From assembly GCA_023402275.1 (NCBI GenBank), contig JAEXCH010000010.1:3842-67841 (forward strand): 64,000 bases of DNA, given 5' to 3'. The DNA is from Methanobacteriota archaeon. Its GTDB lineage: Archaea > Thermoplasmatota > Thermoplasmata > Methanomassiliicoccales > Methanomethylophilaceae. The notes beneath the pieces are model-generated. The model was given only the letters and a program-made list of their open reading frames with translations. It ran no database searches and was not told the origin of the DNA. This document shows, in pieces, positions 38,448 through 48,151 of the stretch. How positions within the stretch are numbered: the first letter of the stretch is position 1; each line of letters opens with the position of its first letter. The position numbers and the translations under genes were made by a program.

Positions 38448-38780
38448 TCCGAACTTCTTTTTGAGCGCCTGTCTTCTTTTGAAATCGTTGATGCATTCCT
38501 CTACGGTCCCTTCCTCATCGTAGGCCACATGGATACCTGCCTTACCAAGTATGTCAAGACCGTGGGAGCCTATCCCTCCCGTTATTACGGCATCCACTCC
38601 CAATCCGACTATCGCATCGGCAACCTTCATGCCGGCTCCCTCCAGATTTGCGAATTCGTTTGCCACCACCTGATAATCAAGTGTTTCCGAATCAACGATC
38701 AGGAAGTATGGGGCATGGCCGAAATCCTCTGCCACGTATGATTCCAGGGTATCGCCTTCAGCGATCACTCCGATCTTCAT
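38439..38780 (-). CDS. NifB/NifX-family (dinitrogenase FeMo-cofactor-binding fold) small protein
   Basis: DFGHAPYFLIVD motif; 113 aa. Its start overlaps the 3' end of the upstream Mrp gene by 4 nt. Confidence 0.65.
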   Translation of the reverse strand: MKIGVIAEGDTLESYVAEDFGHAPYFLIVDSETLDYQVVANEFANLEGAGMKVADAIVGLGVDAVITGGIGSHGLDILGKAGIHVAYDEEGTVEECINDFKRRQALKKKFGSD

Positions 38781-39625
38781 TTCTGTTCCACCGTTCTTAT
38801 TATCCTGTCAACGATGCCGTTGAACGCCTTTGCCGACTCTGACTCTGGTTCGGCGATGACTATGGGCATTCCCGAATCCCCTGATCTGGCGACTCCCGGC
38901 TCCAAAGGCACACGTCCCAAGAACTGGATGTTCAGGGACTCTGCTGTCTTCTCTCCTCCGCCCGATCCGAAGATCTCCGTGAGTTCACCGCAATGGGGGC
39001 AGATGAATCCGCTCATGTTCTCAACCAATCCTATGATCGGAAGCTTGGTCTGTGCAGCGAAGGTTATCGATTTCCTGCTGTCAAGCAAAGCGACGTCCTG
39101 AGGCGTGGTAACGATCACGACACCATCCGCCTTGGGTATGAGTTGAACTATCGACAAGGCCTCGTCGCCTGTGCCGGGTGGCATATCCACAATAAGGTAA
39201 TCCAGATCACCCCATTCGACATCCTCTATGAACTGTCTTATCGCACCGGATTTTACTGGACCTCTCCACATTATTGCCGCGTCCTTCTCCGGAAGCAGGA
39301 ATGCCATCGACATTATGCTCAATGACGGAGGTACTGAGATCGGTATCAGTTTATCGTTCTCCGCGATGAGTTTCTCATCCTCTATGTGGAACATCTTTGG
39401 GATGTTCGGACCGGTTATATCCACATCCATCAATCCTGTCTGATATCCTTTCAATGAAAGTGCCTGAGCAAGGTTGGATGAGACCGTACTCTTTCCAACC
39501 CCTCCCTTACCGCTCATCACTATGATTATGTGCTTTATCCTCGAAAGACTGTCGTGAAGTCTTGTATCGCTGATGATATCCTCACTGCTCATCATTGGTT
39601 TGGCCATTTGATCTTTCTCCTTCAC
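38777..39625 (-). CDS. Mrp/NBP35-family Fe-S cluster carrier ATPase
   Basis: Deviant Walker A SGKGGVGKST, a DMPPGTGD switch, and CPHCG. Confidence 0.85.
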   Translation of the reverse strand: MKEKDQMAKPMMSSEDIISDTRLHDSLSRIKHIIIVMSGKGGVGKSTVSSNLAQALSLKGYQTGLMDVDITGPNIPKMFHIEDEKLIAENDKLIPISVPPSLSIMSMAFLLPEKDAAIMWRGPVKSGAIRQFIEDVEWGDLDYLIVDMPPGTGDEALSIVQLIPKADGVVIVTTPQDVALLDSRKSITFAAQTKLPIIGLVENMSGFICPHCGELTEIFGSGGGEKTAESLNIQFLGRVPLEPGVARSGDSGMPIVIAEPESESAKAFNGIVDRIIRTVEQK

Positions 39626-39693
39626 ACCTGATTGTTGAGTTCCGATATAGGGTTATCGGAATCGATATATTCCAATGATCACTAACATGGTGC

Positions 39694-40095
39694 ATGCCAT
39701 TAGGTGATCCCGGAGGCGGGAACTTCACATACACCGTGGAAGGACTTCCCGAATCTTTGTTCATGGCCACTGTCCCATGCAGAGATATAACAAGATCGAT
39801 CAGATTCTATAATGAACTGCTTGGGATGGAGACACTATATCAGAATGATAAGGAAGCGGCTGTGAGAAGGAACACGGCCACGATCCTGCTGAAAAGGTCC
39901 GATACCACAGGCATCGATACGGGGATATTCCTGGGCGTGGAGAACCCATATGATCTTCACAGGAGACTTGTGGATGAGGGGGTCATATTCATAAGGGATC
40001 CAATAAGGGCCCCTCTCGGTGTATACACCTCATTCAAGGACGATGACGGCAACATCCTTCACGCGATAGAGATGAAGGCAGAACTGAAGTTGTGA
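39694..40095 (+). CDS. VOC (glyoxalase/bleomycin-resistance fold) family protein
   Basis: RSIRFYNELLGM start of the fold; about 130 aa. Start codon uncertain. Confidence 0.6.
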   Translation: MPLGDPGGGNFTYTVEGLPESLFMATVPCRDITRSIRFYNELLGMETLYQNDKEAAVRRNTATILLKRSDTTGIDTGIFLGVENPYDLHRRLVDEGVIFIRDPIRAPLGVYTSFKDDDGNILHAIEMKAELKL

Positions 40096-40135
40096 GGACA
40101 CAAATGTTTTATCCGCAACCAAACATCCGTGGTCT

Positions 40136-40714
40136 ATGAAGATCATCGCCCTCAACGGCAGTCCCAGATTGGTCGGCAATACCAGCAACATCCTGAACGC
40201 TATGTTGGATGAGATGGAGAAGGAAGGCATCGAGACAGAGCAGATCCAATTGTACTCAATGGACCTCACTCCATGCAACGATTGCAGATCGTGTGAGATA
40301 AGGGGGGATGGAAGATGCATCCTCGAGGATGATGAACTCAATGAGATCGTTGATAAGATGAGGGAGGCCGACGGAGTGATCTTGGCGTCCCCGTGTTATT
40401 ATGGTTCATACTCCTCACAGATGAAGATATTCCTTGAAAGAGCTGGAATGGCCCTTGAGAAAGGGGATATGGGATTGAAACATAAGATCGGAGGGGCGAT
40501 GATCGTCAATGCACATGAAGGAGGATCAATGGCATACTCGCAACTTGTTTATTGGATGCTAAGGAACCAGATGCTTGTATGCGGAAGTAATCCCGTCCCC
40601 ATTGTAACGGCATTGAACTCCCCTCAGTACCTTGAGGATAAGGAAGGAATGAAAGGGGCGATAGGTCTGGCCAAGGAAATGGCCAGGACCATTTTGAGGA
40701 TCAACGGTCTCTGA
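40136..40714 (+). CDS. Iron-sulfur flavoprotein (Isf / NADPH-dependent FMN reductase fold)
   Basis: MKIIALNGSPR flavodoxin-like start and the compact Cys motif CNDCRSCEIRGDGRC. Confidence 0.75.
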   Translation: MKIIALNGSPRLVGNTSNILNAMLDEMEKEGIETEQIQLYSMDLTPCNDCRSCEIRGDGRCILEDDELNEIVDKMREADGVILASPCYYGSYSSQMKIFLERAGMALEKGDMGLKHKIGGAMIVNAHEGGSMAYSQLVYWMLRNQMLVCGSNPVPIVTALNSPQYLEDKEGMKGAIGLAKEMARTILRINGL

Positions 40715-41437
40715 TCAAAAGAAATAGAAACCGCAGCCTTCCGAAACAGAGATCTTAGCAACAGCATCCATCCTCTCAAGGGGTCCGCTGTAACGTCTGA
40801 CCATCATCTTACCCTCTTCAGGTAAGGCTATCGTCAGGACCTCTATCTCCTTTACCAATCTTGCAGCATCATCTGGACTGTATATGCGGCCTGTCCTTGC
40901 TCCTTCCGGAACGGATGCCACTATCTCGCATCCTCTTCTCTCCGCTATTCCCGGCAGCAGGCTGTCATTAGGTCCGAATGAACCGATACATCCCCTTCCC
41001 TTATCCCATGAGAGGGGACATTTCAGACATGCTTCATTCATCTCATCGAATGAGAGCATGTCCCAGCCGGTCAGACGATTCTCCTTCTTTGATGCCGACA
41101 AGACCTTCTCTTTATCGGAATCACTGACCTTATCCATCTCGACCCATCCGGTGCTTACTCTCTTTGCTTTGCTTTTAAGGAGTTCGATATCGGTTTCGTT
41201 CTTCAGCTTGTCCATGTATATCGCATCGGTCTCGGCATTGATCCTGTTCCTTTTCATGAAGGCTTCCCAGTCATCTATGAGAGAATGTGCATCCTCCAAT
41301 GATACGACATCATCGTAACCCGCAAGGTCCTCCATTCCGGCAATGTCATCCACTCTCACTTTCACAACATTCATCCTGAGTTCCCTGCACAACGCACTCT
41401 TTGCGTCCGTCTCACATATTCCGATGCTTATGCCCAT
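40715..41437 (-). CDS. Hypothetical protein
   Basis: 240-aa ORF with a Cys-containing stretch CLKCPLSWDKGRGCIGSFGP. No family recognised. Confidence 0.45.
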   Translation of the reverse strand: MGISIGICETDAKSALCRELRMNVVKVRVDDIAGMEDLAGYDDVVSLEDAHSLIDDWEAFMKRNRINAETDAIYMDKLKNETDIELLKSKAKRVSTGWVEMDKVSDSDKEKVLSASKKENRLTGWDMLSFDEMNEACLKCPLSWDKGRGCIGSFGPNDSLLPGIAERRGCEIVASVPEGARTGRIYSPDDAARLVKEIEVLTIALPEEGKMMVRRYSGPLERMDAVAKISVSEGCGFYFF

Positions 41438-41557
41438 TATCGATCACCTATTCCGAAAATTCGGATACTATTGGAATATGGTAACAGTTTTAATACGTTG
41501 CTTTTAACAATAAAAAAAGCGAAAGTATGAAAACAGCTAGGTATATGAGCATCTGAA

Positions 41558-42049
41558 ATGGCAGACATAAGGATCCGAAAAAGGAAGAGGATGAGAGGAA
41601 AGGAGATCAAAGCGCTATCTGCGGAGCTGGAAGCGGTCATGGGTGTCCCTGTGTTCACAGAGGATGATCCTGTGGACGGGGCTGAAAGTTCCGATTTCGA
41701 TCTTATCTTCGTTGGCAACGACATATACGGAATGATCTACGAAGGGAAACCCTTCCTCACCGTAAGAGGTGTGATCAAATACAAACCCATCAAGAGATTC
41801 GTTACCGTGGACATGGGAGCCGTACCGTTCATAACAAACGGTGCGGACTGCATGGGGCCCGGAATAGTCGAGGCGGATGACTCTATTGCCGCAGGCGATC
41901 TTGTTTGGATAAGGGATGTGAAGAACAAGATGCCTTTGGCGATCGGAATATCGGAAAGGTCCGGAGAGGAACTTATGGAAAAGAAGCCGGGCAAGGCGAT
42001 CAAGAACCTCCACAATGTCGGGGATAAACTTTGGAAGTCCGGAGAGTAA
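41558..42049 (+). CDS. PUA-domain RNA-binding protein (Tma20/MCT-1-like)
   Basis: The C-terminal half has the PUA pattern (ITNGADCMGPGI...GDLVWIRD...PLAIG). Confidence 0.7.
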   Translation: MADIRIRKRKRMRGKEIKALSAELEAVMGVPVFTEDDPVDGAESSDFDLIFVGNDIYGMIYEGKPFLTVRGVIKYKPIKRFVTVDMGAVPFITNGADCMGPGIVEADDSIAAGDLVWIRDVKNKMPLAIGISERSGEELMEKKPGKAIKNLHNVGDKLWKSGE

Positions 42050-42398
42050 GGTATTGTTCGGAAGGAAGAAGAAAGAGCAGACAAAGAAGACATTCGTCGA
42101 TCTCAATGATTATCGGGAACCTATGTATGCGATGTCGGATGCTAGGATCAAGGTCATAGAGATGACATCCTTCCGTGACCTGAAACCCCTGACGGACATG
42201 GCATACAGAGGGAACATACTGGTACTTGATTTCTCAAGGTTCGCGGAAGGGGACAATGTCAAAAGGGAGATGGTGAAACACCTGCTCGCAACAGCCAGGG
42301 ATATAAGCGGTGCATTCACCGAAGTATCCGACAGACTGATGATATTGAGTCCAAGCGGACTAGGCATTGAGAAATGTAAGATCACTTACAAAGGATGA
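42015..42398 (+). CDS. sepF: Cell division protein SepF-like
   Basis: IKVIEMTSFRDLKPLTDMAYRGNILVLDFSRF...ARDISGAFTEVSDRLMILSP matches the SepF/DUF552 core. The start is uncertain (35-nt overlap with the upstream gene). Confidence 0.7.
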   Translation: MSGINFGSPESKVLFGRKKKEQTKKTFVDLNDYREPMYAMSDARIKVIEMTSFRDLKPLTDMAYRGNILVLDFSRFAEGDNVKREMVKHLLATARDISGAFTEVSDRLMILSPSGLGIEKCKITYKG

Positions 42399-42402
42399 TC
42401 AC

Positions 42403-43716
42403 ATGTCTGAGATATCCAAGATAATACACGATCCCCTGCATGGGAGCATAAGGGTTGACGATCCCTTCCTGAAGATACTGGACAGGCATGAGATGCAGAG
42501 ATTGAGGTCAGTCAAGCAGTTGGGACTTGGAAACATGGTATTCCCCGGTGCGAACCACACAAGGTTCGAACATTCTTTGGGGGTGTATCATCTGGCAGGA
42601 AGGATGGCGGACTCGATCGGTCTTTCCAAGGAGGATACTATGGCGGTCAAGGCCGCAGGCCTTCTTCACGATGTTTGCCACACCCCCTTCTCACACACCA
42701 CGGAAGAGATGGTGGAGGACATGACCGGAATGGACCATATGGAGATGGCCAGGAAGCTCATCAAAGGTGAGATAAGGACATATTGCGAAAGGGATGCCGA
42801 TCTCTTCTCCTCACTGCCTCCGATATCCGAGATCCTTGAGAATAACGGGATATCCTCTGATGCCGTATGCGACATCATAGTCTATCCCGAATCAAAGGAA
42901 GGAGGACTCGATGCATTCAATGGGGATCCCAAAAGAACACACTTCTCCTCAAAGGATTTCGCACACCAGATAATACACGGTCCGGTGGATGCCGATCAGA
43001 TGGACTATCTGGTCAGGGATGCACACTACACAGGTGTGACCCACGGTAAGATAGATATCGACCGTTTGATAGGGACAATGAGGGTCCATAACGACAGGGT
43101 GATGATAGAAAAAGGAGGGACAGCAGCAGCCGAAGGGCTTATGGTGGCAAGGTCCCTGATGTATTCTTCGGTGTATTATCACAGGACAGTAAGGATAATC
43201 AAGATGATGCTAACAAAATCAATTGAGGCATCATCCCTCGATGTAAGCGGGATATATCTATGGAATGATGCAGACCTCCTCAATTATCTGATAAAAGAGG
43301 GCAGAACAGCATCAAGGATAGCAAGATCAGTTCAGAACCGCATCCTGTACAAGAAAGTAATAACGAAATTCAGCGAGGACACATCAGAGGACCTTTCGTC
43401 AAGATTGTCCGAGTTCACTGGATACAAACAAAGGAAACAGCTTGAGAAAGAGATAGCTGAAAGGGCAGGGGTCGAAGTATCGGATGTAATAGTCGACATA
43501 CCTCCCAGGACCATACTTCTGTCAAATATGAACATAGGCAAGACTGATGTCTCAATACTTGACCCAGAGGGCAAGGTCAAGACCCTTACAAGATTGTCAT
43601 CCGTTGCTAAGGCGCTTCAATCAAGGGATCCGTTCGGATGGTCGTTGATGATAGCATCTCCCGAGGAACACCGGGAATCCGTTGCTAAGGCGGCCAAGAA
43701 GGTCCTTAACCTTTGA
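42403..43716 (+). CDS. HD-superfamily phosphohydrolase (dGTPase/SAMHD1-like fold)
   Basis: IHDPLHGSI, RFEHSLGVYHLAG, LLHDVCHTPFSH, DADQMDYLVRD. ATG 42403 chosen. Confidence 0.8.
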   Translation: MSEISKIIHDPLHGSIRVDDPFLKILDRHEMQRLRSVKQLGLGNMVFPGANHTRFEHSLGVYHLAGRMADSIGLSKEDTMAVKAAGLLHDVCHTPFSHTTEEMVEDMTGMDHMEMARKLIKGEIRTYCERDADLFSSLPPISEILENNGISSDAVCDIIVYPESKEGGLDAFNGDPKRTHFSSKDFAHQIIHGPVDADQMDYLVRDAHYTGVTHGKIDIDRLIGTMRVHNDRVMIEKGGTAAAEGLMVARSLMYSSVYYHRTVRIIKMMLTKSIEASSLDVSGIYLWNDADLLNYLIKEGRTASRIARSVQNRILYKKVITKFSEDTSEDLSSRLSEFTGYKQRKQLEKEIAERAGVEVSDVIVDIPPRTILLSNMNIGKTDVSILDPEGKVKTLTRLSSVAKALQSRDPFGWSLMIASPEEHRESVAKAAKKVLNL

Positions 43717-45157
43717 CCACACCTATCGGTGTGAGCTTTGCTACCTTGTCGGTCAATCCTGCATCACAAACTACTCTGATGACCTCATCGACATCCTTGT
43801 ATGCTGCCGGAGCTTCCTCGAGTAGTCCTTCTTCCGATCCGTTCCTTAGGTAGATGTTGCTGTTCTTCATCTCGTTCCTTATGTCTGATGCATTGAGATT
43901 GTTGATCGCCGCCTTCCTCGAAAGCTTCCTTCCTGCCCCGTGGCAGCTGGAACCGAATGTCTGTTCCATCGCACCCTTCTTTCCCACGAGAACGTATGTT
44001 CCGACCTTCATATCACCCGGTATGATAACAGGCTGGCCCACATCCCTGTATCTCTGCGTTATCTCGGAACGTCCCGCTGCGAATGCACGTGTGGAACCCT
44101 TTCTGTGAACGAGGACATCCTCTGAATGTCTCTCCACGTCATGCCTCTCCTTCTTGGCTATGTTGTGTGCTACGTCATATACAACATCCAATCCCATGTC
44201 CTCTGCAGAACCTCCGAGGATATTCTCAAAAGATTCTCTTACCCAGTGGGTTATCATCTGTCTGTTTGCCCATGCATAGTTCGCACCGCAGCACATCGCC
44301 TTGTAATAATCATCCCCCAGTTTGGAATCAAGGGGAGCACAGGCAAGCTGTCTGTCCGGGAGTTGTATATTGTTGCTCTTAACGTAACGTTCCATATCTT
44401 GAAGATAATCGGTCGCGATCTGATGGCCACAACCTCTGGACCCACAATGAACTGTTATCGTAACAGTTCCTTCCTTTAGGCCGAAGGTATTTGCAACATC
44501 CTCATCAAAGACATTCTCCACGACATCAAGTTCAAGGAAATGGTTCCCTGATCCCAAGGAACCCAATTGAGGCAATCCTCTCTTTCTGGCCTTATCGCTT
44601 ACAACAGAAGGATCGGCATCCACCATGTGGCCCTTCTCCTCAGTGACTTCGATATCCCTCTCCCATCCGTATCCGTTCTCCACCGCCCACTCGGAACCGT
44701 TCAGAAGTATCTCGTCCAATTCCTTGCTTCCGATCCTGGTCAATCCTTTGGATCCAAGACCCGATGGAACGTTCTTGTAGAGCTCATCAATCAGGGAATT
44801 AACATTGCCGCCGAGATCCTTGACCGTAAGATCGGTCTTTATCAAACGGACCCCGCAATTGATATCGAAACCTATCCCTCCCGGGGAGATCGACCCATCG
44901 TTCGCATCGACAGCAGCAACACCGCCTATCGGGAATCCATATCCCCAGTGTATATCGGGCATGGCCATGGAACTGCCGACGATCCCGGGAAGACATGCAA
45001 CGTTTGCAACCTGTTGAGGAGCATTGTCAGAGCGTATGCTCTCTATCATTCCCTCGCTGGCATATATGACAGCGTTGGTCCTCATGCCTGGGAATTCCTC
45101 TTGAGGTATCTCCCATCTGTTGTCGTCTATCCTATTCAATCTTCCGTTCCATGCCAT
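43706..45157 (-). CDS. rtcB: RNA-splicing ligase RtcB
   Basis: GGIGFDINCG, GSGNHFLE, HCGSRGCGH, SSCHGAGR. Start at MAWNGRLNRID (45157), because the longer ORF in the track runs into tRNA-His. Confidence 0.9.
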   Translation of the reverse strand: MAWNGRLNRIDDNRWEIPQEEFPGMRTNAVIYASEGMIESIRSDNAPQQVANVACLPGIVGSSMAMPDIHWGYGFPIGGVAAVDANDGSISPGGIGFDINCGVRLIKTDLTVKDLGGNVNSLIDELYKNVPSGLGSKGLTRIGSKELDEILLNGSEWAVENGYGWERDIEVTEEKGHMVDADPSVVSDKARKRGLPQLGSLGSGNHFLELDVVENVFDEDVANTFGLKEGTVTITVHCGSRGCGHQIATDYLQDMERYVKSNNIQLPDRQLACAPLDSKLGDDYYKAMCCGANYAWANRQMITHWVRESFENILGGSAEDMGLDVVYDVAHNIAKKERHDVERHSEDVLVHRKGSTRAFAAGRSEITQRYRDVGQPVIIPGDMKVGTYVLVGKKGAMEQTFGSSCHGAGRKLSRKAAINNLNASDIRNEMKNSNIYLRNGSEEGLLEEAPAAYKDVDEVIRVVCDAGLTDKVAKLTPIGVVKG

Positions 45158-45198
45158 ATGATCACCGTGATAGTATCGTGAATGTAAAATAAAGTAGG

Positions 45199-45273
45199 GG
45201 CCGGGACCGAGATTTGAACACGAGTCAAGGGATCCACAATCCCCTAGGATAACCAAGCTACCCTACCCCGGCC
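45199..45273 (-). tRNA. tRNA-His (anticodon GTG) with genome-encoded G-1
   Basis: Reverse complement: G(-1)-GCCGGGG...anticodon arm GGGGA-TTGTGGA-TCCCT...T loop GTTCAAATC...TCCCGGC-C. The extra 5' G pairs with discriminator C73, giving 8 bp. There is one T:T mismatch in the T stem. Confidence 0.75.
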
Positions 45274-45387
45274 ATACAATGTCCGCTGATTATATCTGCT
45301 CCTAATAAAGCTTTTCGCTGGTATCGACGTATGAAGTATGGATATTGATGGCGAAAACCTGTTTTGTAAGTGCACTAACTTTAATTA

Positions 45388-48135
45388 TTGGGGAGAGTGA
45401 TGCGGATGACAGTGTCCCTATCGAAGATGAAGGCAGGAATGTCTGTTCTATTCATAATTGGCATAACCTCTTTGTCGCTGGTCGTATTAGATGAATCCAT
45501 ACCCACTAAAGCCGATCCCATATTGGATATGGGTGAATTCCTGACCGAATTCATACAATATGCGGATAATATCGAATACGATACGCCGGGAACGCCTGAG
45601 ACCATAATTCTAAAACCATTGGCAAGGAATGAGACGGTCGAGCTAGATTTCCAAGGTGTACAATTGAACGGCAGTTCAGTCTACGGCACCGATCCTATTT
45701 TCTTAGTGACGAGTGCCAACCAAGGGACGTATAAGATCTCGAATATCGATATCGTCTTCGGAAGGGATACGGACTTCCTCATCGAGGAAGGAACCGGGAC
45801 TGTCATACTGGATAATGTGAACTTCGGATCACAAGGATATCGTCATGTCGAATCCGGGAGTAAGGAACTCATAATGAACAATTGTTTATTTGGAGGTTCA
45901 TACGGTGAGAACCTGCTCATTAAGAGCGGAAAGGCAAGCATATTCAACACAGTGTTCAGGCCGAATTCGGACGTTCAGATCGAATCAAGCGACAAGGTAC
46001 ACATCGAGAACTGTTTCTTCGAAGGAGCCAGTATAGATATAAAATCAACAGATACTGTCGATCTGGAAGTTCGGAACTGCACATTCTTGGCTGAAAGCTA
46101 TTCTGGTTCTATAAACATGATTGAACCTGCAAGCATGGGCAACAACTCGATAAAGGTCATTGGATCACTCTTTAAAGGTGTGGGGTCCGAAGGGATCGCG
46201 ATAGTGATAAGGGGAGATCACAATGGTGTCATCGAGATAGATAATTGTCAATTCTCGCAGATCATCGGTTCGGCTCCGAAAGTCGATCTCGAATGCAATA
46301 TGTATTTGACCCTATCCAATACGACATTCTCACATTGTGAGACAACAGGTGGAATGCCCATTGTCTCCGTAATTGGTATGCGGGGAGATATATTCAATTC
46401 TACATTCACTCAAAATTCTGTTGGTGATTCATCACTGATTGTCAAAGGATGTTTGAAGGTCGTTGATTCTGTCATCGATATCAAATTCAGTACATTCTTG
46501 GACAATTACTTCGTTGATATCAGTTCTGTGTATAGTCCTGCATCTTTGGAGATAGTCAAAGATCAATTGGAAACGAAGGTGTTCTCCGTCAACAACATCT
46601 TCCTCTGTGTGTTCGGACAGGAGGGCGATCCGACGATAATAACTTCTGAGGCAGGTCTGTTCTCCGATAACGGAGGAACGATAGACAAGGTCATGAATGA
46701 CTCTTCCTCGATATTGGGCGTTATATTCCCGATATATGATGTCCTTACCGGGTGTGATATCATGGATATGTATCCTACCGAATGTATGATGGTAGTTCCG
46801 ATAGTCCCGTTCGGTGATGCAGATGGGAAAGGGGTAAGTGTTTCCGGAATAACCTTTGACCAAAGAGGAAGGGAAAGATCGGGCAATCCTGACATAGGTG
46901 CTGTAAGCATAAAGACGGTACAGTTCAACGCCAATGGAGGGGAGTTCGATATCCCATATGGCAGCGGATTCACTTTGGAATCACAATATTACATGGGGCC
47001 AGGATTCACCGATGTAGCTTGGTCGTGGGCAATGGTCGAGGAGATAGTATATCCTGAGACAGAGTTCGTTGAGTTGAAGCTGGCCCCGCCTTTATCCAGT
47101 GACATCATACCGCCCATTTCAAAGAGGTTGCTGGGGTGGAGCAAAGATCCCTCGGCCGATCTTCCGGATCCCGGATATGTTGACCTAGGTGATGTATATC
47201 TTGATGATTTCGAGGTGGATGAAGAGTATTATGCTGTTTGGGGCGAAGGAAACCTTGCTGTACTTGAACCGGGCAACGGAGTATCGAGATCACTATCTAT
47301 GATACAATCGAACGGTACTGTGAAATTCCCGTCACTTGGAACTGTCGATGGTATGAGCATCAGTAAATGGACCACCGACATATCGGGGGATACTCAGTGG
47401 GATCCAGCCGTTCCCGTTACCTCCAATATCGTTCTCTATGGACAATGGGATTATGTGACATTATCTGTCACATTCGAACCGGAGAATGGCAACGACCCAT
47501 CAACTTCGTATCTAACATACGGGAATAGGATATCGGCTCCGTTGGAACCTTTGTTGGAAGGATATGATTTCAAAGGATGGTATTCCCAAAAGAGCGGAGG
47601 TGAACTCTGGGATTTCAATACCCTCATCATCGAGGACATAGTGCTTTATGGACAATGGGAAGAGATAGTCATACCTCCGGTCCCCCCAGGACCAGACGAT
47701 GAGGATGATGAGGATGATGAGGATGAGAAGAAGACGCCGTTCGAAAGCTCGGATGCCGTCACTGTCGTTGCTGCAACCGCTGCATCCGTTCTCGCAAGTG
47801 TCGGGATCGCAGCTGTCGCGGTCAATTCCTCTGCGGTCGCAGGCGGAATGCCACAGACGATAATGGGAGACAGCATGGGCGCCGAGACCTCTGGTGAGGA
47901 GAAGAACCGTCGCAGCGTCATATTCTATCCGAGGAACGGGAGATCGGAATGGACATCGAATGTATTCTCCGGACGTCAGGTGGACAGACCCAGCGATCCT
48001 ATACCTCCGGAGGGTAAGGTGTTCGTAGGTTGGTCAACAACACCGAACGGAACGACACTGTTCAACTTCATGACATCTATAACGCAGGTCACACACCTTT
48101 ATGCGGTGTATGAGGATGATCCCAAGCAGAAATGA
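45388..48135 (+). CDS. Secreted right-handed beta-helix protein with C-terminal Flg_new repeats (adhesin-like)
   Basis: Signal-like N-terminus. A periodic (I/V)xN(C/T)xF motif appears ten or more times (LDNVNFG, MNNCLFG, IFNTVFR, IENCFFE, VRNCTFL, IDNCQFS, LSNTTFS, IFNSTFT). Flg_new-like LGWSKDPS, FKGWYSQKSGG..LYGQW, FVGWSTTPNG..LYAVY. Also an acidic run and an Ala/Val-rich hydrophobic segment. Confidence 0.75.
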   Translation: MGRVMRMTVSLSKMKAGMSVLFIIGITSLSLVVLDESIPTKADPILDMGEFLTEFIQYADNIEYDTPGTPETIILKPLARNETVELDFQGVQLNGSSVYGTDPIFLVTSANQGTYKISNIDIVFGRDTDFLIEEGTGTVILDNVNFGSQGYRHVESGSKELIMNNCLFGGSYGENLLIKSGKASIFNTVFRPNSDVQIESSDKVHIENCFFEGASIDIKSTDTVDLEVRNCTFLAESYSGSINMIEPASMGNNSIKVIGSLFKGVGSEGIAIVIRGDHNGVIEIDNCQFSQIIGSAPKVDLECNMYLTLSNTTFSHCETTGGMPIVSVIGMRGDIFNSTFTQNSVGDSSLIVKGCLKVVDSVIDIKFSTFLDNYFVDISSVYSPASLEIVKDQLETKVFSVNNIFLCVFGQEGDPTIITSEAGLFSDNGGTIDKVMNDSSSILGVIFPIYDVLTGCDIMDMYPTECMMVVPIVPFGDADGKGVSVSGITFDQRGRERSGNPDIGAVSIKTVQFNANGGEFDIPYGSGFTLESQYYMGPGFTDVAWSWAMVEEIVYPETEFVELKLAPPLSSDIIPPISKRLLGWSKDPSADLPDPGYVDLGDVYLDDFEVDEEYYAVWGEGNLAVLEPGNGVSRSLSMIQSNGTVKFPSLGTVDGMSISKWTTDISGDTQWDPAVPVTSNIVLYGQWDYVTLSVTFEPENGNDPSTSYLTYGNRISAPLEPLLEGYDFKGWYSQKSGGELWDFNTLIIEDIVLYGQWEEIVIPPVPPGPDDEDDEDDEDEKKTPFESSDAVTVVAATAASVLASVGIAAVAVNSSAVAGGMPQTIMGDSMGAETSGEEKNRRSVIFYPRNGRSEWTSNVFSGRQVDRPSDPIPPEGKVFVGWSTTPNGTTLFNFMTSITQVTHLYAVYEDDPKQK
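47695..47727 (+). repeat. Tandem in-frame GAT/GAG repeat encoding DDEDDEDDEDE
   Basis: gacgatgag gatgatgag gatgatgag gatgag: about 3.7 copies of a 9-nt unit inside the adhesin gene. Confidence 0.8.
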
Positions 48136-48151
48136 TCTTTGGGATCGATCA

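Noticed and set aside
45158-45256. N-terminal 33-codon extension of the rtcB ORF.
   Set aside because: It overlaps tRNA-His on the same strand. The conserved RtcB sequence begins at MAWNGRL (45157).
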